DNA from: Phoronis australis
Lineage: Eukaryota > Animalia > Phoronida
Direction: 5' to 3'
DNA: 64,000 nt
Assembly (NCBI GenBank): GCA_002633005.1
Contig: NMRA01000193.1
Coordinates: forward strand, 493,527 to 557,526
Below, one piece after another: positions 36,116 to 50,400 of this stretch. Made by a program: the position numbers and the translations under genes. Positions within the stretch are counted from its first letter, which is position 1; every line of letters begins with the position of its first letter. The notes beneath the pieces are model-generated. The model made no database searches. It worked only from the letters and a program-made list of their open reading frames with translations, and was not told the origin of the DNA.

Positions 36116-37398
36116 TATTTTAAAAGAATTATGAAACAGAAAAAAATTACAAAATTTAACTGCACAAGAAAATTATAGCAGTATTAAGAAGGTAAAATGC
36201 GTTTTATATATTTTACATTATGTTATACTGCATTACACGATGCTATCAAAATAGAAAAGTTGATAAACACCAGAATATTCTGTAGAGATTTATATTTATT
36301 TGGAGACATTATATTATTGTATGATTTTATGCTAATTCCATCGAATTATGAAAAACGTTCGTATAATCCAGTAGTTTCCAGTCTAATGTTGAAGGTTTGG
36401 CTATTACAGACAAATTTATAGAATAAACGAAATTTACTGACTTGATAAACGAAAGAGCAGATTTCACCACGGAAATCGTCATCGTTGCAAATTGAAAATC
36501 ATATCTATCAGTGTAATCAAAAAGTCAAGCTATACCCTTCTCATTTCAACAAAATCATCTTAAATGTCTGAGGGTGGTCTACTTTCAGTGTACATAATGC
36601 AACTACACACAATTTTGTAGGCTGGAAGTCACCTTGTATGCATCAGTTACGTCACTGCAACTCAACTATCTGTCGTACTGGTTTTGCTGCTAACGTAACC
36701 AAGGGGTGGAAGCAATTGCACCTCTAAAATCCAGCTACGACACCGCAAATTGCAGTTCCAGACTAGAAGAAACCAAACCCGTGATACAAATCGACAGGTT
36801 TGCACCTCTGAACTCCTAACACTCCCCGAAAAGGCTCCATTCATGATGACGAAAATCCATTCCCATAGACTATAGGCTATGGCCGCACCTCTAATTCGCT
36901 GGTAGAATATAAAGGCTATGACTTTGGAATCTGGTCCCCGGAACTTGGTTATCGGGTGTAGAGCATTTTCGGTGCCTGTGTCGTGATTAGGGAACGCAAA
37001 TCTGGGGATTTGGTGGCACTGGTCTGGAACTGGAGATTAGAGGCGCTTTTACACAGACAGTGTTTCCACCCCTTGATAACATGATACTAGGTACTGGGCT
37101 GAACTCTGTCTTTCATAGAGAAACTAGAATGATTTACACGAATCGTGGATACCTTGCAATTGATCGGATTGCAAGTGCTTGATTCACTTGAATAACTCGT
37201 ATCAGCAATAATTGTATCTGTAAGGGGGAGCATTCGAAATGATAACCGCTTTTCTATGAATTATAAGTTACGCAAATTTATTGTGTAATGACCTGCCTAC
37301 TGATTTCATTAAATTCACCAACAACGAACACATGGGTGAAAATATCACGATGATCTACATGAAATGCCGAACACTGTGGCCATTATTAGCATAAATTC

Positions 37399-37404
<6 letters not shown>

Positions 37405-37442
<38 letters not shown>
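37405..37442. repeat. (TA)n microsatellite, ~19 units
   Basis: Read directly from the sequence. Confidence 0.95.
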
Positions 37443-37446
<4 letters not shown>

Positions 37447-37995
37447 CATGTAACAGCTTGAAAACTCATTTTATTGAATCAATTTACCACAGAAATATGT
37501 GAGAAAATATCAATATCACTTACCTGTAGTGTTCCTCACTGCAACTACATGCACAAACACATTCTTAAATTATGGCGATCTTAATTTACATAAACTATAC
37601 AAATTTACGATTTCTCTACCTGTACCTCTACCTTTGGTGCTTGATAAGGAAGGTGTCAGTAAAAATGGAATTTTGTATAACGGTAGTCTTAGTTTGAATA
37701 TGAAAAAGTGCTTAAAGTTGTCAAGATTACAACCCAGGTAAAATGCTTGAAGAACGCCACCTCAACACGAAAATAACTTATACTACCAAGAATTTCAAGG
37801 TCCCCAAGGGGATCCTATGAGTGGCTACTAGACTTCTTGGGAGGTTATGTGGTTCCTTTTGAATACATGACGATATCTCGTGAAGTCTTGCGTGATCTTT
37901 CGTTTTGGTAAGGCTCTTGCGTCTATGGAACGCACACTAGACTTGCTAGAATATCGATCTTATTCACAACAAATTAACATGACTACAACTCTTAA

Positions 37996-38318
37996 AAGGA
38001 CACCAAACCCGGTTTTGGGGTATTAACAGATACTAAAAACGACTTTCCTATCCAGTTCTCTGGAACAACATAATGCTTTGCAACCCTCGGCAATCCTCAA
38101 AAGTTTGGAGCAAAATTTGAAAACTCCTTTCACAGTCTGCTAAATGGGCAAGCGTGAACTCGTCTTTTAGCGAATTACCCGAATGTCCAATTTGTGGGCT
38201 AGGGGGCATGAGTTTTTAATTAGTTCTTGCTTTTATCTTTCAAGATTGACGCCAATGATACATCAGCAGGTGACAGAAGGGGTTGGTTGAAATCATCAAA
38301 CCAGGATTTAGTATCCTT
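37996..38318. mobile_element. Kolobok-like MITE with TTAA TSD
   Basis: ttaa|aaggacacc ... gtatcctt|ttaa; homologous, inverted and with extra internal sequence, to 8543-8691. Confidence 0.7.
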
Positions 38319-38619
38319 TTAAATTGACAAAAAACCGACATACATACGAATAGATTAAATTTTGATTTCGTCAATTATGAACTTGATGTCAACTTGTTTC
38401 ATTTACTAGGATGAGACGTGAATTGTGATCTTGCAAAGAACTGACAATTTGTTATCCCAGGAGACCATAATGGGCGAAAGACACACCGTGACCACAGCAT
38501 AGCGAATGACAGCTATTTGACTAAGGCAAGTCGTTCGTTTTCCAATTCCTTGCCAAAAGTGAGCCCATTGTGGCTACTGTGGAAGTGAATACATTTGGTA
38601 GACTTGACGCCAAGTTCGT

Positions 38620-40999
38620 CTAAAGAGAAGAATTTCTTACAGTATTTCTCTTTTGCTGAAGTTCTGAATGATGTTGGTCTTCATGTGGTCTTAGATTGGC
38701 TGGAGTGGAGAACGACGTATCGACTGCCCTATCGCTGAAAGCCAAGTCATTCACACGTTTGTTTTTCAGAGGATTAAGATTTACTTCATCCGCGTGGGCT
38801 AGATGTTGTGGACAACAGACTTCAAGATTGGCTGACGAAAAGGTATACAAGAGAGGATTCAGAGCAGAGTTGATGGGCATGATGAACACAGCGACCCAAG
38901 CTGAGGTTTGTCGACTTATGGTAACTCCAGACAGAGCAACGATGCCAATAATAGAGATGGGGACCCAGCAGCAAAAATCGGTCAACACGATAAGTACTAA
39001 CCGCCGGGCAAGTGCGAGGTCACGTGTTGTCGATTTCCTCTTCGACTTAAGTCTTTGTTGCCGGGCGTAAACGTAAATCCACATATAACCCAGTGCTATA
39101 ATGATGAAGCATACTAAATTGAAAGCTATAAATACTGAAGCCGAATACACCCAACCCTTAGAAGAACTGTTGCGAAGGGTGAAAGGGAGACATGCAGACG
39201 TTGAGCCGTAATATTCGTGACCATAAATGATTAGGGGAGCGGCAGCAATGACGCAGCACGTTACCCATCCAACAGTTTCCACGGCGGTAGCTGTTTTCAT
39301 GGAAAAGGGCTTCACTCGAAATGTAAAAACCAAGATTCTCACTCGGTCTACTGTGATTACAACGAGTGTGAACACGGACATTTCACAGGCAACAGTGGAA
39401 ATAAAACCCGAAAACTGGCAAACTGGTCCCTCCCTCCAGTCTTGTTCGTATTGATAGAACTTGCCATGGGTTTCAAAATACAGGTCTGCGGACGCAATGA
39501 TGAGAAGGTAAACCCCCATTATGAAGTCCGATACGCTCAGGTTTAGAACAAGAAACGAATTGACATTTTTCCACTCAGTCTTTAGACGCCACACAAAAAC
39601 GGTAAGATTTCCAATGAATGCCATCACTCCAATTACCCAAATGGCATATCTCAAAAAGTCGTCAGCAAGCAAATCCTCACAGGATGAGAACTCATCAGGT
39701 TCTGGAAGGCATTTCACGCTGTTGTTAAGAGCACAGCAATGTCTAAATGCGTCCGTGCGAAGGAAACCTATTTGTACTTTTCTGAAGGCATTCATGTCAA
39801 TTTTCAGGTGTATGTCGTTGAGTTCAATGTCTATGACGTCTAAACGACCAATGAAGGCACTCGCCGAAATAGATATTAATTTATTTCTTGAAAGATCAAG
39901 ATGTTTAATGTTGACATCCAAAAACGTGAATGTTGGTAAATGGGTGATCTGATTTCCTGTCAAATTCAGAACTAAAAGGTTGTTCAATCCTTGAAAGGCT
40001 TTTTGAGGAATTCTTGTTATGTTGTTGTGAGAAATGTCAAGGACACCCATGAATTGGTACCCGTCGAATGTGTTCCTATAAAGTTGCAACAAATTGCGGG
40101 AAAATAACAGAACCCGTAAATTTCTGCTGTATGGGGGAATTGAAGATAGATTAGCTTCATTACAACTCATCGAAAAGCCGTTGCACAGGCACGAGCCTGG
40201 GCAGTCTTTTGGGATATCACAGTATTTTTCATCGTCGCCATTTGGACAGTCAACTTCACCATTGCAGACAGACTTTTGCTCGATACAGAAACGTTGTCCA
40301 GGGCACCGTAGCAGCCCAGGACACTTGTATTCTTCGCAATTAACTTCATCTTCTCCATTCACACAATCCTTTGTACCGTCACACACGCCACGAACATGTA
40401 CGCAGAATGAGTTGGGACACTTGAATAAGCCGGGGCACTGGAATTGTGAACAGTTTTGGAGATGGCTGAAATCGCGACACCCGTTCACGACAGATTTTAT
40501 ATACCTATCAACGTCATACACGCACGCAGTCTCCCGTCTGAAGCATCTTGGATAATGCGGTATACAACGAACTTCGTCATCCCTTGGACAGAACGGCTTG
40601 TAATTTGCAGTAATAATAGGTTTTGTTGCAGTACCTGTATTTACCTCTCCTTTAATTGAGTCCAAATACTCCAGCAACTCATCTTCAGCTGTGCACGTGG
40701 GACAGTCGGGTTGTAAATCGTTTTGACGAGATTTGGGAATGCAGGTTGCGGAATAACAACGAAAGCCGTTGGAGCACGAACCCATCCCATAGCACTGCTC
40801 AGGTGCTTCGTCGTCACCAGTTCTGCAGTCCTTAATCAAGTCGCAAGTTCTGTTCATTGCAATACACGTACCATCTGCACAGCGGAATTCACCAGTCGAG
40901 CAGCTCGGATATGTGCAGTCAGCCTCATCAGAACCATCTATGCAGTGACGGACGTGGTCGCAGTAAAGTGAATACGGAAGACATTCACCACTTTGACAC
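38620..40999 (-). CDS. GRL101-like GPCR paralog B, coding exon 3: LDLa repeats, LRRs, 7TM
   Basis: tttcag acceptor at 41001-41000, phase 2. Same LDLa/LRR/hinge (CLPEPDEFSSCEDLLA)/7TM (TDFCCWVP, NPLLY) layout as paralog A. Confidence 0.93.
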
Positions 41000-42630
41000 C
41001 TGAAACGAAAAAGTATAACGACAAATAACAATAAAATCCTACTACATCTTATCATGCTAACTTTCACCGTGAAGTATTCGTCCTCTAAAGTCCTTCTCTC
41101 ACGCGTTGTTAACCCTTATTACATGGTTAGAGGATGTTATAAGGATCCAAGAAGTACCTACCCCATAACTAATACACGATCCGTACTCGAAAAAAAGTTA
41201 AAATGAACGCGCCACTCACCATTCGCACCCGCAGAACCACCGCCATTTTGAACTTGCCGCGAACCCGGAAGTACAATTCATTCAGGAACCCAGGCTAAGA
41301 AAACGCCGTCAGTGTGAGTGCCTGTTACCAGCCTGCAAACGGGGATAAAATAATCGACAGCGCGCCTTAATTTTAATAAAATCAAAATACGGAAATTTTA
41401 TCGAATTTGCTGAAAAAATGTGGCGAATAAATTTTGACAGAAATTATTTTGCCAGACTCGGGACCGCAGCCTATCGGACCTGGTGCCGATCGAGACCAGA
41501 CACTGGCGAACGGTAAACGCATGCGGTTGCAAGCTGTTTTGTCGAAGTAAAATGGTCAAATCATAAATGCTGCATATATTCAAGGGTAGTTTCAGACACT
41601 TGCATGAAATTACGGGCTGGTTAGTACATCTTATATTTTTGCACAAAAACACGAAAATTGAACAAAGTTTCTTTTTTGTAACAACGTTTGTCAAAATGTA
41701 TCAACGTTAAATCTTCACAAATTACAAAGTAGCCGATTGAACATGCCTTTCAGTTCAGCAAAAGTCGCCTTGTTGTCGGTGCCGCCAGAAATGAGACGAA
41801 GTCAAGTTCAACGGAAATTGTGAGCACATTTATCACTTAATGAGTAACAACTGCGAGGCTGAAATTTGGTGAACACTGTTAAATCGTGCAGAATAGTAAG
41901 TAAAGATATGTCTAACTAAATTTCACCGTAATTGGTTGCCGAAAACAATTTACACACATTTTTGAACTCGTAACTTATCCCGCTGTCCTCTAATATGGCC
42001 GACGCGATCCAAACAAAGTGACCCAAATTTCGCCACAAAACTTGCAATAACTTTACACTGCTTGCCCCGATTTTGATACTTTTTCGATTTTTACTGAGTA
42101 GAATGCACTACCTTTCCGATGATAGCAAAGTACTTTTTCAAAACGAGAAAAAAAATAAAACCGAAAAAAATTGATTCGACCCATGTTGGTTCCTAGGTTC
42201 GACCGGCCTACGTAAGGAACTAAACACCAGTGCTATTTTAACATACTAAGTACCCGTAACATTCCAAAAAAAAAATCAACGACCACTAACTACAAACTAT
42301 AAATACAGTACATATGTAAACGAATCATGAGATATTACTGATAAAACAAAATAATGAAGACTTCTCGAGCAAGCGATAGCACATTCAGTTACAAGGAAAA
42401 AATGGCGGCGTTGAGGACAAGTTCCTGAACTGATGAGCCGGAAATGTGGGTACGGAAATAACCGATGACAACCGGTAATCATACGCTCAGAGAGAAGGGT
42501 CAAATACTGTTCAAAATCGCTTTTGGCAAGAAAGGCGAAAAGAATATAAAGAAAGGGTGTCGAAAATAAGATTTTATGTAGTAAGTATTTTCGGATACTG
42601 GAACCACATGGGCAGTTTGAGAGAAGGACT

Positions 42631-42970
42631 CTAAAGTAGGTTACTACTGATACTGAGTTTAATGTCCAAGTCAAAGATTACCGAGGACATGTTACCCACA
42701 TTTAAACAGGAGATCGACAATTTACAAGCAATAGAAAATTACAGATAAATTTCACTGAATTAAAGATGTTTTCATTTGAATTGTACTTCTTATTTCCACA
42801 GCGTAATAAATTTCGGTACAATACGGTTTGTTGAACATGTGATTATTGAGAGTCCTCAATAACTATTCAAATTTCACGTAAGATGACGTCAGCTTCTGAA
42901 TAGCTCAGTGGTTAGGGTGCCAGCTGTTGTAACATGAAACTTGAGGGAAGCGTGATTGAATCTGGCCACA
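42631..42970 (+). repeat. Dispersed repeat with internal tRNA-like cassette, copy 2
   Basis: ctaaagtaggttact...ggagatcg...cggtttgttgaac...TGACGTCA (42884-42891)-9nt-TAGCTCAGTGG (42901-42911); the B-box is degenerate. Confidence 0.65.
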
Positions 42971-43293
42971 GTTTAAGCTGAATAAGTTACAAGAATTTAC
43001 GTTTAATATACATTTCAAAATTTAAACAAACATAATACGATGGATAATATTTTGGTAATTAAAATCGCATATTCTCCTCACAATAAACGAACATTTTGTG
43101 CCACTCGACCCTCAAACTCGCCCGTTCACGACAGCTTGTAAGCAAAGCCGGTGAAACTGATCATTATGAACTGCAGTGGGAACTAAAGTAGCTTTCAGTT
43201 TTTATTATTTTGCGGTGTAAAAAAAGAGTAATAAGGGAAATATATAGGTTATACAACGTACGTGTTTGTACCAGTGGTTATTATATCGAGATT

Positions 43294-44596
43294 CGTGATA
43301 TGCAAAGTATTTGAACGAGGGCGAAGTTTGATCTCCATCAGCTTATCATGGTTGACAATCATAAAAATATCATCAACATACCTGCAGTGCATGAATTACC
43401 AATTGGCAACAAGCTTCCGTTCCTAGACGTACTTATTGATTATGATGAATCTGGCATTAAAACCTCAGTATACAGAAAACCAACATATGATGGGGTTTGT
43501 TTACATGAAACCAGCCAATGTCCTCTGAGATATAAACAAAAGAGTGTAATCGCATCAAGCAAATTATGATAAATAACGGTTACAGTAATAAGTTTGTTGA
43601 TGAGAATATGAAGTTTTTCATAAGCCGCTTGCAGAAACCTTTGTGTTTAAAACAAATAAGTGGTTGTACCAAAAAACTTTTCTACCGCAACCAATTCCAT
43701 TCACGTTATATTAAAGATGAACGAGATTTAAAACGGATCATCCATAATAATGTTAAGACCGCTAAGACAGAAGATAACCTTTCATTAATTATATATCACC
43801 AAAACCATAAAACTAAACATCTTGTTGTTAACAACAATATGTGCTCAAAGTCTGTCCGAGTGTTAGCCAAAACTGACTTGATTTATCAGTTCAATTGCCC
43901 CCACAACGAATGTATTCGTTCAAACACTGATTGCTGAAGGTATGTTGGTAATGCAACGTGCACTTTATCTCGCCGGTTATTTATGCATTTACAAAATGGA
44001 TCATTTAAAGATCACTTTCAAACACTCCACAAACAGAAAATTTCTCGTTCAGATATTGTTGACAATACCATCGTCAGGTATTTCGATCGTGACTTCTTTA
44101 ATAATAAAAACTGAAACTCCTGACATAAATTCCCAAGATACTGGGTTCCATCTTACCTTGTCGTTATATAAATAATGTCCATAAGTTGTAACAGATATGT
44201 ATTAAATTTTACTACGTTTTATAATACATTAGTTTCCATGACAATTCCTTCTGTAATTGCGCTCTAATGTACAGTATGCAACCTTATATTCGTGTTTAAT
44301 ATCATTGTTCTTGTTTCCTGTATCTTGCACGATATCGTTTATGATTTTTAAATTTATTTGCCTTGGATGACTGAAGTATAGTCGAAGAACCGCTACTGAT
44401 TTCTTATGAAATGTTTTGTACAGTGTTTTATTATATATTTACTCATATATTTGTTTTCATGATGCCACTTACACTAGGCGATCTACTATTTCAACTGCCA
44501 TCTGAAGAAAGACATTCATGTAGACACTATGAAAGTTTGTTGAACAAACTAACTAAAGCCAAGAACAGCTTACTATTCCATGAAACATATATATAG
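43294..44596 (+). mobile_element. Decayed Penelope-like retroelement (Naiad-like): RT C-terminus + GIY-YIG endonuclease + partial tandem ORF start
   Basis: NKLPFLDV, TSVYRKPT, CP.RYK; GIY-YIG region LIYQFNCPHNEC...RYVG..CTLSRRLFMH..GSFKDH; an inverted RYVDDIF segment at 43294-43385; MPLTLGDLLFQLP... at 44462 resembles an ORF N-terminus. Confidence 0.85.
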
Positions 44597-44634
44597 TTAG
44601 TTAGTTATCCTACATCAATTGGAATTCAGCTAAG

Positions 44635-44731
44635 ATATCATATCTCAAATTCTTTTCATCTGAGAGTGTCCCAACTCGCCCATCGGTCTTGTTGGGAGAT
44701 TCCCAGATGGAATGAATTCTCGATATGATAT
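44635..44731. repeat. Imperfect foldback palindrome (41-bp arms)
   Basis: atatcatatctcaaattcttttcatctgagagtgtcccaac versus gttgggagattcccagatggaatgaattctcgatatgatat; 33/41 paired by hand count. Confidence 0.8.
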
Positions 44732-44850
44732 GACAATAATATTCCTATGCTTGTAATGTGTGATAAACTATATTTACGCCATGTAGTTTAACCCTGCTGT
44801 GCAAGCTGTAGACAGTTGTAGCCCTTTTGTAGATGTTAAATTATGCATAC

Positions 44851-45809
44851 CTGAATGCAGTCTTACAGTCACAGGCTTTTTCATCGTCACCTCCTAAACA
44901 GTCTAAATTGCCGTCACACAGTTGAGCTTCAAATATACATGTGCCGTCTTTACAAGTGTGTTGATGAGCTCCGCATCGAGGACTTTGACTGATGAGATCC
45001 CGTTCACATAACACGTTCAGTGGACCATTTGGGAACGACGTCTTTCGTTCCTGCCAAGCATCACTCTGTATATTCGAAGGAAAAGGTGGTCTCAGTGGTG
45101 TTGTCGACAAAATAAATGGAGGCTCTGTATCGCAATCAAATTCAACAAATTCATGCTCCACGACATTTTCATTTATGGCATCCACTTGCAAAACCAATGT
45201 TTTCCAAATATTTTTTCTGGGATTTATTATGCGGCATGTAGTGTTAACCTTCTTCAGCCAAATTCCCCGATATTCTGGCTGATGTTTCCATAGTGACAGG
45301 AGATACATTATAGCCTCTTTGTCATTGTTGCCAATTGAAGCAACTCTAGCTTCTTTCTCAAGACACATTGCTTTTGCGCCTGCATAACTAAGTGAAGTTA
45401 CCAAAGATTGTAGACTCGTTAACATTTTTAAACATCTGCCTTTCATGAATGTCCATTTCTCTGGACATCGATGCTGATGCGTGATAGTAGCAGCAGCATT
45501 CCCTACTGTTCGATGCGACGAATTAGCCGCCTTTTTGCATATGTACAGACCATCTTGAAATGGGTAATTACAAGGGAGTTTCGCCCAGTGAGTTTTGTGA
45601 TGAGAACGAACACTTGAAACAATGTGCATCACTGTGCATAGTGAGAATTTTACTCTGATTGGCTGGAGTCGGTTGCTAGGGATGATTTTCGCAATCCCTT
45701 GGTGAGGTTTGAAACTGGAATCCTCTACTGAAGTTTTGTCAGAATAAAGACGAGTGTGCCAGTCTGTGAATCGAAGCTGTGTTCCATCAGTCCATGATCC
45801 ATCTCCACC
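44851..45809 (-). CDS. GRL101-like GPCR paralog B, coding exon 2: end of CTLD1, CTLD2, first LDLa
   Basis: ttacag acceptor; in-frame GGDGSWTDGTQLRFTDW...HWAKLPCNYPF..YICKK, second CTLD and LDLa; donor ag|gtatgc, phase 2. Colinear with paralog A exon 2. Confidence 0.88.
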
Positions 45810-47458
45810 CTGTAATACAAAGCGCCTTTTTAATGTAGATGACTAACACAGCATTGGCGTAACTGTGATCATCGCTGACTCTTGCGCAGAGGTGCCGCAT
45901 CGCCACCGGTTGCCAAACCTTCTGGAAGGAAGGAGGTAGGGAGGGAGGGACGTGGGCAGCGAGTTAAGAAGAAAGTCCATGAAAACCGCTAAAATCAAAG
46001 ATCACGAAGTTAAATGAAAAGAAATGAGGGCAAGTCATTTAAACTGCACATGACCATGACTCATAATATGTTACGAATTAAGGGATAAGCAAAGAAATAG
46101 AAACAAGCAAACAAAAAGGCATTACACACATATAAAATTAAAACACGTAAAGACAGGTTTTGAACTTTTTGAGGTACAAAACATTTTTGTTCGTATCTTA
46201 GGTATGTATTCAAATGGGAGCGATAGTTAAAGCTTGACAAAATAATATTTTTAAGTAGATTATGCATAGTGAACAACTACAAAACATATTCAAAGAGAAG
46301 AGAAATACGTAACATAGAATATACATTGATGTACTAATAAATAAACGTATGGGAATTTCAGCCGAACAAATCTATTAGTGCAAGTGCGTAATACTTTTAA
46401 AATTTTGCACTGTTCTGTGTTTCAGTGTATTTATCCCACGCGCGTTGAATCTGTCGAGGGAAATATGGCCATGAAATAAAGTTTTCCGTATTCACCTCCC
46501 GCACTACTTCAACAGCGACCTCTGACATGGAATGTTCAAAAGGTAGGTCAATGTCGACTCGACATCTTCAGCCGGTTCGATCATCAAACTTTCCGAATAT
46601 AGTTTAAAGTAACACAGCTGCAACAGTGTAACTAACACTCGACATGCAACCAGGCCCTAAACGTAAAATCTGTAACCAAACTGTTAATAATAAGACACTT
46701 ATGTCTCAGTTTTCAATTGCTGAATACTATATCGTCTGCAACTCAAGCGCCTATTCCTAGGAAATTAAAATGTCAAATATTGTTGTTTTTTTAACTATTT
46801 CCAGGAGATGTTACAAGTTCACTGCAAAGTTGCAGTATTTTTCATCTTCGCTACCTCTTTTCAAGAAATAAATCGTTACTTTTAAAACTGTTTCTTATAC
46901 AAGAGAAAACTTTCAACCTAACGCGAAAGTACATTTATATAGGATGTGATCCGTCATGTGAACAGTCTAGGTGAAGTATTTGAAAAAAGTGCCGAAAAAA
47001 TGTAAGAAACTTAGGGATTCGAAGCGCATGGGATAAATACAAAACGTACATAGAACGGCGTATTCGTTCTCGGTCGATACGTGGAATAATGTCTCGTGGG
47101 ATATTACTTCATGTACGCAACTCTCGGTACGTTTTGTGTATATACCTTACACAGTTTTTAAATGCTTTCGAAAGTACGACTATTGAGTGAGTGTAAGTCT
47201 TAATAATAATTGCTTGTTGTTTATATGAACTGGAAGGTGTGTGATTCATTTGAATCTGTTCACGTAGGTACTACGGAACGTAAAATTGAGACATCAGTGA
47301 CGAAAATGTTGTACTTCGAAGGCCTTGTTGCTATTCCTTTGTTTAAGGCAGCGTTTGTTATTGCCGTGTAATTCAAAGAGAACAATGTCAGAAAATAACA
47401 AGGGGTTTATGAAGAAATTCGAAACAGGACAATGGGGCTACTCGGAAAATTTACATTA

Positions 47459-50400
47459 AATAGAGGGCGTGCGTGTACTAGTGGTGACAGATTAACAGCC
47501 TCAATTTCGCGAAATGGGCACGGCTTCAAGACATTTCACATGGTGAAATGGCTTGAAGCCGTGCCCACTGAATCTAAGATTGCGTGAAAAGGGTGCTTCT
47601 ATGAGAGGAAGTAATCACGACCTTATACAAAGGTAAGGTTTGTGATTATTTTTAACGATTATTCCATGTTTATTCTACTGATTCCTGTTAACTTAGGTAC
47701 TCGCCGATATCGACTTCGCGGCAGTCGCCAATCGGGGTTAATCTTTGTTGTGGTGTGTGTTACGATAGCCTACTTGACGTAGCACTCGGGATCTTTTCGT
47801 ACATCAACGCAGTACTATTGTTTGGAATGATTTCCAACACGTTTATCAGTGACAGTTACATCAATGAAAGCTGAATGTTTATGCTGTTAACTCGATATTG
47901 GTTTGTGAGTTAAAATTACAATCCAAGCACAATGCCATGGCAAAGGGTACGTGACAAATATCCATTAGACTATTTGTTTACTCCCTAACCTATGTCTTCC
48001 GAAAATTTATAACACGTTGAAATGGAAATCTATCATGTCTGTTTTCACGTGACCTTTGGTTTATAGGTTTGAGGGCTTGTACCGTGCAGAGGAGATATGC
48101 ATCGCTTCTGTACCATCCCTGAATGGACAAAAGTTTGTTTTAAGCAGATGACTGCAACTAATCAGCAAGATCTTCCCATCCAGTGCAGATCTGTTGTCAA
48201 AGCCTACTTTCTTTATCGGAGACAATGAGCAAAGCCTTTGAAAAGGAACAGCTACTTTTAAAGAAAGGTATGTAAGTCGTTTTGTTAATTTACTTATTCA
48301 GGTCCTTAGCGGGGAATTGGCTTAGGGAGTTGGGGTTGTAAAATTTGGTGCAACTGAATGTGTGGAAATAACAGGTTATAGCATGGTGGGGTAATTCTTA
48401 ATCTTCATGAAGTTCCTTCAAGTTTATTTCATAAAACTTTTGCTATCAATTGTAAACCCATAAAAATATATTACATTTTCTGAATTCTCAGTGACTGCCA
48501 TAGTCCTAACCATGCCTTGAAATGTTACAAGTCGTTTATAAATTCAAAAGACTGACATTTTTTGTGAAAATTGCATTTTTGATGGTGCCTTACGATTTGT
48601 AATTACTCTTAAACAACAGAAAGATTATCCATCATTTTTTAAATGACGCAAGTCTTCATATCTTCTATTAGAAGAAAAATAAAAAGTCTGAGAAACGGTT
48701 CCCTCAGCCTTAGACTAGAGGTATGCTTGACCGACCCATGAATCTGTAATCGGAGTTTAAAATTGCTGAAAGTATCAAATATAAAAAGGGTTGAAAATGG
48801 GTAACAAAGGCTTGAAGTTGTCTCAAATAACTTGCATATTTTGCAGACAACTGATGCGTTTAAAGAATTGTTATGCCTACGAATGAAAAATAATGATGCA
48901 GTTTTATAAAGTACTTATTACATACACTCTTGGTTTCTGGAAATACATGTAGTAATTATTTAATTTTGTGTGAAATTGTAGAGCAGTCACCATATCATAT
49001 GTTTGAAAAACAGGGTCAACATTTTTTACCCAACCTGGAATATTTAATTATTCAAATTAATTCAGTATTTGTTCCCGGCTCAGTGACATTTTAAGGCCAC
49101 TTCAAGCCGCAACATAGACACGCTTTGTTACTCCTTTCTCTTCCCACAGCATTTCCACACAGCAGCAGTGCTGCATGGCACAATGTACAAGTCAGTGGCC
49201 CTGGAGAAATGTGAATCGCAGTACGAAGTTACCCTAACACAACGTGCCAGTGGATTGTTTGTGTATGAATAGGAAGTATATCTGACTGATACACAAGTCA
49301 GCCTCGTTGGTGAGGATGCCCTTTAACAGGCAATGAGTCATGAGTGGACAATAGCTTATTTCCTTTCCTGGAAGAAACATCAGGGATTGAAGCTAAAGAA
49401 GACCTAGTGACACTCTAGTCTAGTTCAGGGTCAGATTTTCGGCATGAAACGAGTCAAGTGATATGTTGTTGTGTTTACCTTCAAGGATATAATTGTAGAT
49501 GTTACTGAGGCTGAATGAGATTACATGATGGAAAGCCACTTGCCGAAACTAGACCTTTTTACAAGCGCTGCTATAGGCCATTGAAGCTAGATCCCTGTGA
49601 AATGAAAACCAAAAGAATCTGGTATAAATACCTGTCCTTTCTCACTGAGTGACATTAACTTTTTCTTTCAGAAGAAAGGCTTTATACTAATGGTAAAAAC
49701 TTTTCAATTTGGTACACATTATGAGGAAACGACATTCAGTAACTGCATCGATTTTCTTATTATCAGTACAAAGCTCGTTAATGTTACACTTTGATGATTG
49801 AATAAATTTTCATCAACAGGCCATTTTGTCACTAATTATTGAAACCACAATATTTTCTCAGTTTTAAAGCCCCATACTGTGCAGTTGTGCTTATTCTTTA
49901 TAAAGCTGAAATGTTACCGATTACGCTTGCGAATTGTCATTTTCCCCGTTGACCTCTAGAAATGTGCAGTGATCAAAATGAAGTATTCCCTTTGTTTGCA
50001 TTTGATGTGTTTGTGTGTGTAATTATTTTTAGAGCTTTTTTAAGAAGGCCTTTGAACAATTTTAAGTGTTGTGTTAACTTGTCCACAAAGAAAAGTTCCA
50101 CATTCAAGCAAAGTATGTTTTCAATCGTAGCTCTGCACAAGATTCGAGAATAAATAATCATCAGTGTATTTAAAAAAATGGCAAACTGAACAACCACATA
50201 CATACAAAGAAACAACACTGTTAAAAACAATTGTAATTTTCCCATGCAACGGAGTCCATAATCAGGCATATCAAGGCCTGAATTTCTGAATTAGGTTAAA
50301 TTCTCTCAGGTTATTGGTGAAGGATTGCTTTTCACTTTGTCCGAAGTTAAAATAGACGGTCAGCTGGCTGGTTTCAGTTGTTTTCTTTCACCGGTAATAG

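Noticed and set aside
41000-41067. Apparent signal peptide MKVSMIRCSRILLLFVVILF on the 815-aa ORF
   Set aside because: It is the translated polypyrimidine tract; the acceptor at 41001-41000 matches the paralog A intron position.
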